Of a stretch of DNA of 40,765 nucleotides, positions 38,549 through 40,765 are shown piece after piece. The stretch comes from Myxococcota bacterium (GTDB lineage Bacteria > Myxococcota_A > Polyangia > Polyangiales > Sandaracinaceae). The translations under genes were made by a program, and so were the position numbers. Position 1 is the stretch's first letter, and the number at the start of each line of letters is the position of its first letter. The notes under the pieces were generated by a model. It had not been told where the DNA came from and searched no databases. It saw only the letters and a program-made list of their open reading frames with translations. The stretch lies in the NCBI GenBank assembly GCA_036149055.1, contig JAYZQJ010000008.1, forward strand, positions 1 through 40,765, written 5' to 3'.

Positions 38549-39553
38549 TCAGCGCAAGGTCGTCAGGCGGTGGCGGGCCTGGGCGGCGAGGCGCTCGGGC
38601 AGGCCGAGCGCGAGGGCGCGGGTGAAGGCGGCGCGGGCGCGGGCGGGCCGGCGGAGCTCGTCCATCTCGAGCCGGCCGAGGGTGTAGGCGGCGATGGCCG
38701 CGCGGGGGTCGCCCCGGCGCTGGCTCACCCGGCGGTAGAGCGAGGCGGCGGCGCGGGCGTCGCCCCGGGCGCGCGCGGCGTCGGCGGACGCCATCAGCGC
38801 GGCGACGTCGGCCTCGGCGGGGGGCTCGCTCGGCGGCGATCGATCGGGCGCGGGGGCTCGGACGCGCGCGGGCCGCGCCTCCTCCGCTGGAGCTTCGGGG
38901 GCGGCGGCCTCGGGGGCGGTGGCCTCGGGGGCCGCGGCCGCCGGAGCGGGCGCCTCGGGCGCGGCGGTCACCGAGAGAGCCTCGCCGGCGGTGAGCCGGG
39001 CCACGCGATCCGGGACGCGCTCGCCGCGCACGAGCACCACGCCGCGCTCGACCTCGACCCGCAGCGCGTCCCCGGTGCGGTCGACCGTGAACACCGTGCC
39101 GACCACCTCGACGGTCGCGAGCCCCGCCTCGACCACCCAGCGCCGCGGGCCGCCCGGGGTCACCGAGAAGCGCGCCCGGCCCCGGGTCAGCAGCACGCCG
39201 AAGCGCGCGGCGTCGTTCTGGAACGGCTCGAGGCGCGCCCCGGTCGAGAGGCGGATCTCCGAGCCGTCCTCGAACCGAAGCGCGCGCGGAGCGTCGGCGG
39301 CCTCGACCGCGGGGACCGCTGCGCCGGAGGCGAGCGCGAGCGGGGCGTCGTCTGACGGCGGCGTCTCCCGCGGGAGCATCAGCAGGAGCGCGGCGGCGGC
39401 GGCGGCGAGCGACACGCCGATCGCGACCGGCGCGGCGCGGCGCGGCAGCGGGGGGCGCTCGCGTCGCGCAGAGATGCGGGACCACATGCGGGAGATGCGG
39501 ACCTCGTCGGCGCTCGACTCGAGCTGCCGATGCAGGGGGCGCGGCGCGCTCAC
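38549..39553 (-). CDS. FecR-domain anti-sigma factor with C-terminal TPR-like helices
   Basis: GTG 39553 overlaps the sigma stop. One TM, FecR motifs FEDGSEIRL, LTRGRARFSV, VEVVGTVFTV and VEVERGVVLV, a Pro/Ala linker, then TPR-like AAYTLGRLE. Confidence 0.85.
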   Translation of the reverse strand: MSAPRPLHRQLESSADEVRISRMWSRISARRERPPLPRRAAPVAIGVSLAAAAAALLLMLPRETPPSDDAPLALASGAAVPAVEAADAPRALRFEDGSEIRLSTGARLEPFQNDAARFGVLLTRGRARFSVTPGGPRRWVVEAGLATVEVVGTVFTVDRTGDALRVEVERGVVLVRGERVPDRVARLTAGEALSVTAAPEAPAPAAAAPEATAPEAAAPEAPAEEARPARVRAPAPDRSPPSEPPAEADVAALMASADAARARGDARAAASLYRRVSQRRGDPRAAIAAYTLGRLEMDELRRPARARAAFTRALALGLPERLAAQARHRLTTLR

Positions 39554-40176
39554 GGGGCCTCCTCGATGTGGGCCTCGATGCGGTCCTTCGCCTTGCGGAT
39601 CCAGCGCTTCACGGTCGCGAGCGAGCAGTTGCACGCGTCGGCCGCCTCGGGGAGCGAGAGGCCCTCGACCTCGTGCAGCATCCACGCGATGCGGTGATCG
39701 GGCGCCACCTCGCGCAGCGCGGCGTCGATGCCGGCGAGCTCCAGCCGCACGTCGGCCGGCGTCTCGCGGCTGGCGAAGCGCTCCAGCGTCGCGTCGTCCA
39801 CCGTGTGGTCGAGCCCGAGCGAGCGCATCACCTTGCGCTTGCGGAGCTTGCCCCGGGCCCGGTTCATCGCGATGCGCAGCAGCCACCGCGGGAAGAGGGC
39901 CGGATCGCGGAGCGTGTGGAGTTTGGCGAAGGCCTTGAGGAAGGTGTCCTGGACGACGTCCTCGGCCTCGTCCATCCGGCCGAGCACCCGGGTGGCGGTG
40001 TCGGTCACGCGGCGCACGTGACGCCGATAGAGCGCCTCCTCGGCCCAGCGATCGCCGTCGCGCGCCCGACGCACGAGCTCGGCGTCGTCGGCCGGGCTGG
40101 CCATCTCCCGCACCTCGCCGACGGGCGGCGAGCCGCGCGGCGCGCGAGGCAGCTGGGGATCGGAGGCGCGGTCCAC
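39550..40176 (-). CDS. ECF sigma-70 family RNA polymerase sigma factor
   Basis: AEDVVQDTFLKAF..F..WL.RIA.N and HEVEGLSLPEAA..CSLATVKR. The start is uncertain (40176 or 40104). Confidence 0.9.
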   Translation of the reverse strand: MDRASDPQLPRAPRGSPPVGEVREMASPADDAELVRRARDGDRWAEEALYRRHVRRVTDTATRVLGRMDEAEDVVQDTFLKAFAKLHTLRDPALFPRWLLRIAMNRARGKLRKRKVMRSLGLDHTVDDATLERFASRETPADVRLELAGIDAALREVAPDHRIAWMLHEVEGLSLPEAADACNCSLATVKRWIRKAKDRIEAHIEEAP

Positions 40177-40268
40177 GGGAGGCTCGACGCGCCCGGGCCC
40201 GTGATCGGCTCACGACGCGCGACCTCAGGATAGGGCGACGCCGCTCTGGAGCACGACCCCGCCGTCCG

Positions 40269-40628
40269 TCACGGCACGACGACGGTCGTCTGCATGCCGC
40301 CGGGGTCGGTGCCCTCGAACTGCCAGAGGGTCAGCGTGTCGTCCGACTCGGCGGCGATGCGGAGGCTGAAGTCGCCGGTCATCGGGTCGGAGCGCACGAG
40401 CACGCCCGTCTCGGTCCGCTCGTTCAGGCAGCCCACGAAGGCGCCCTCGCGCGCGTTGCCGCTCACCGTCACGAGCCCGTCGGCGTCCGGCGGGCCCTCG
40501 ACCAGGGCCATCGGCGGAGGCAGCGGCAGGGTCGGCGCGGCGCAGCCCGGCCCCATGGCGGTCGCGGCGATCGCCGCCAGGGCGACGAGGCCGAGAAAAA
40601 GACGCGCGAGCGGGTGAGGTCGAGACAT
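40269..40628 (-). CDS. Small putative lipoprotein (Ig-like beta fold suspected)
   Basis: Signal peptide ending GPG-C, then PTLPLPPP and a beta-rich segment VTVSG..GDFSLRI.A...D.L.LW. Confidence 0.7.
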   Translation of the reverse strand: MSRPHPLARLFLGLVALAAIAATAMGPGCAAPTLPLPPPMALVEGPPDADGLVTVSGNAREGAFVGCLNERTETGVLVRSDPMTGDFSLRIAAESDDTLTLWQFEGTDPGGMQTTVVVP

Positions 40629-40765
40629 CTGCACCCGAGACGGTAGCAACATCGGTGCCTCCTGGCGAGGCGGCCGAAGGGCCCCGGAAATCTGGTGTCT
40701 CGGGCAAGCCTGTTGCGCCGTTCGCCAACGGTGTTGGCGTTGGCCCCCCTCTCGCGCGCGCGTGC

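Noticed and set aside
40660..40765. Possible sigma-54 promoter upstream of the small lipoprotein gene
   Set aside because: GG and TTGC elements are present on the minus strand but not at the required -24/-12 spacing.

Overview
Very GC-rich bacterial DNA whose gene content (DUF2378/TIGR02265-like protein, FecR-type ECF pair, Ser/Thr kinase-like protein, sigma-54 activator, PilT paralog, Cys-rich lipoproteins) points to a myxobacterium (inference). All family calls are from motif recognition by eye; no searches were run. Order of content: DUF2339/DUF3999-like envelope pair; ECF sigma factor plus ChrR-like cupin; a structured, repeat-rich intergenic region; a minus-strand operon (large lipoprotein, FadL-like outer-membrane channel, CHASE hybrid kinase); SDR plus MerR with a candidate operator; a ~2 kb repeat-rich islet around a four-helix-bundle (Avd/IVS-like) gene; PilT-family ATPase, SPOR protein and DUF2378; a 13.5 kb tightly coupled PKS operon; a pseudokinase; sigma-54 activator, VOC protein, FecR anti-sigma, ECF sigma and a small lipoprotein. 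Two candidates for an undescribed system stand out. (1) A Pfa/Hgl/PksE-like iterative type I PKS pair (KS0-KS-AT-ACPx4-DH-like and KS0-KS-KR-DH) in which all four ACPs carry Thr instead of the phosphopantetheinylated Ser (G[IV]DTVKQ), each active KS follows a Cys-less KS, and a dedicated PPTase and an orphan DctP are translationally coupled. (2) A four-helix-bundle gene set among (GAGTCC)n arrays, a 12-mer array, a long hairpin leader, a frameshifted remnant of a second copy and a 43-bp periodic palindrome array.
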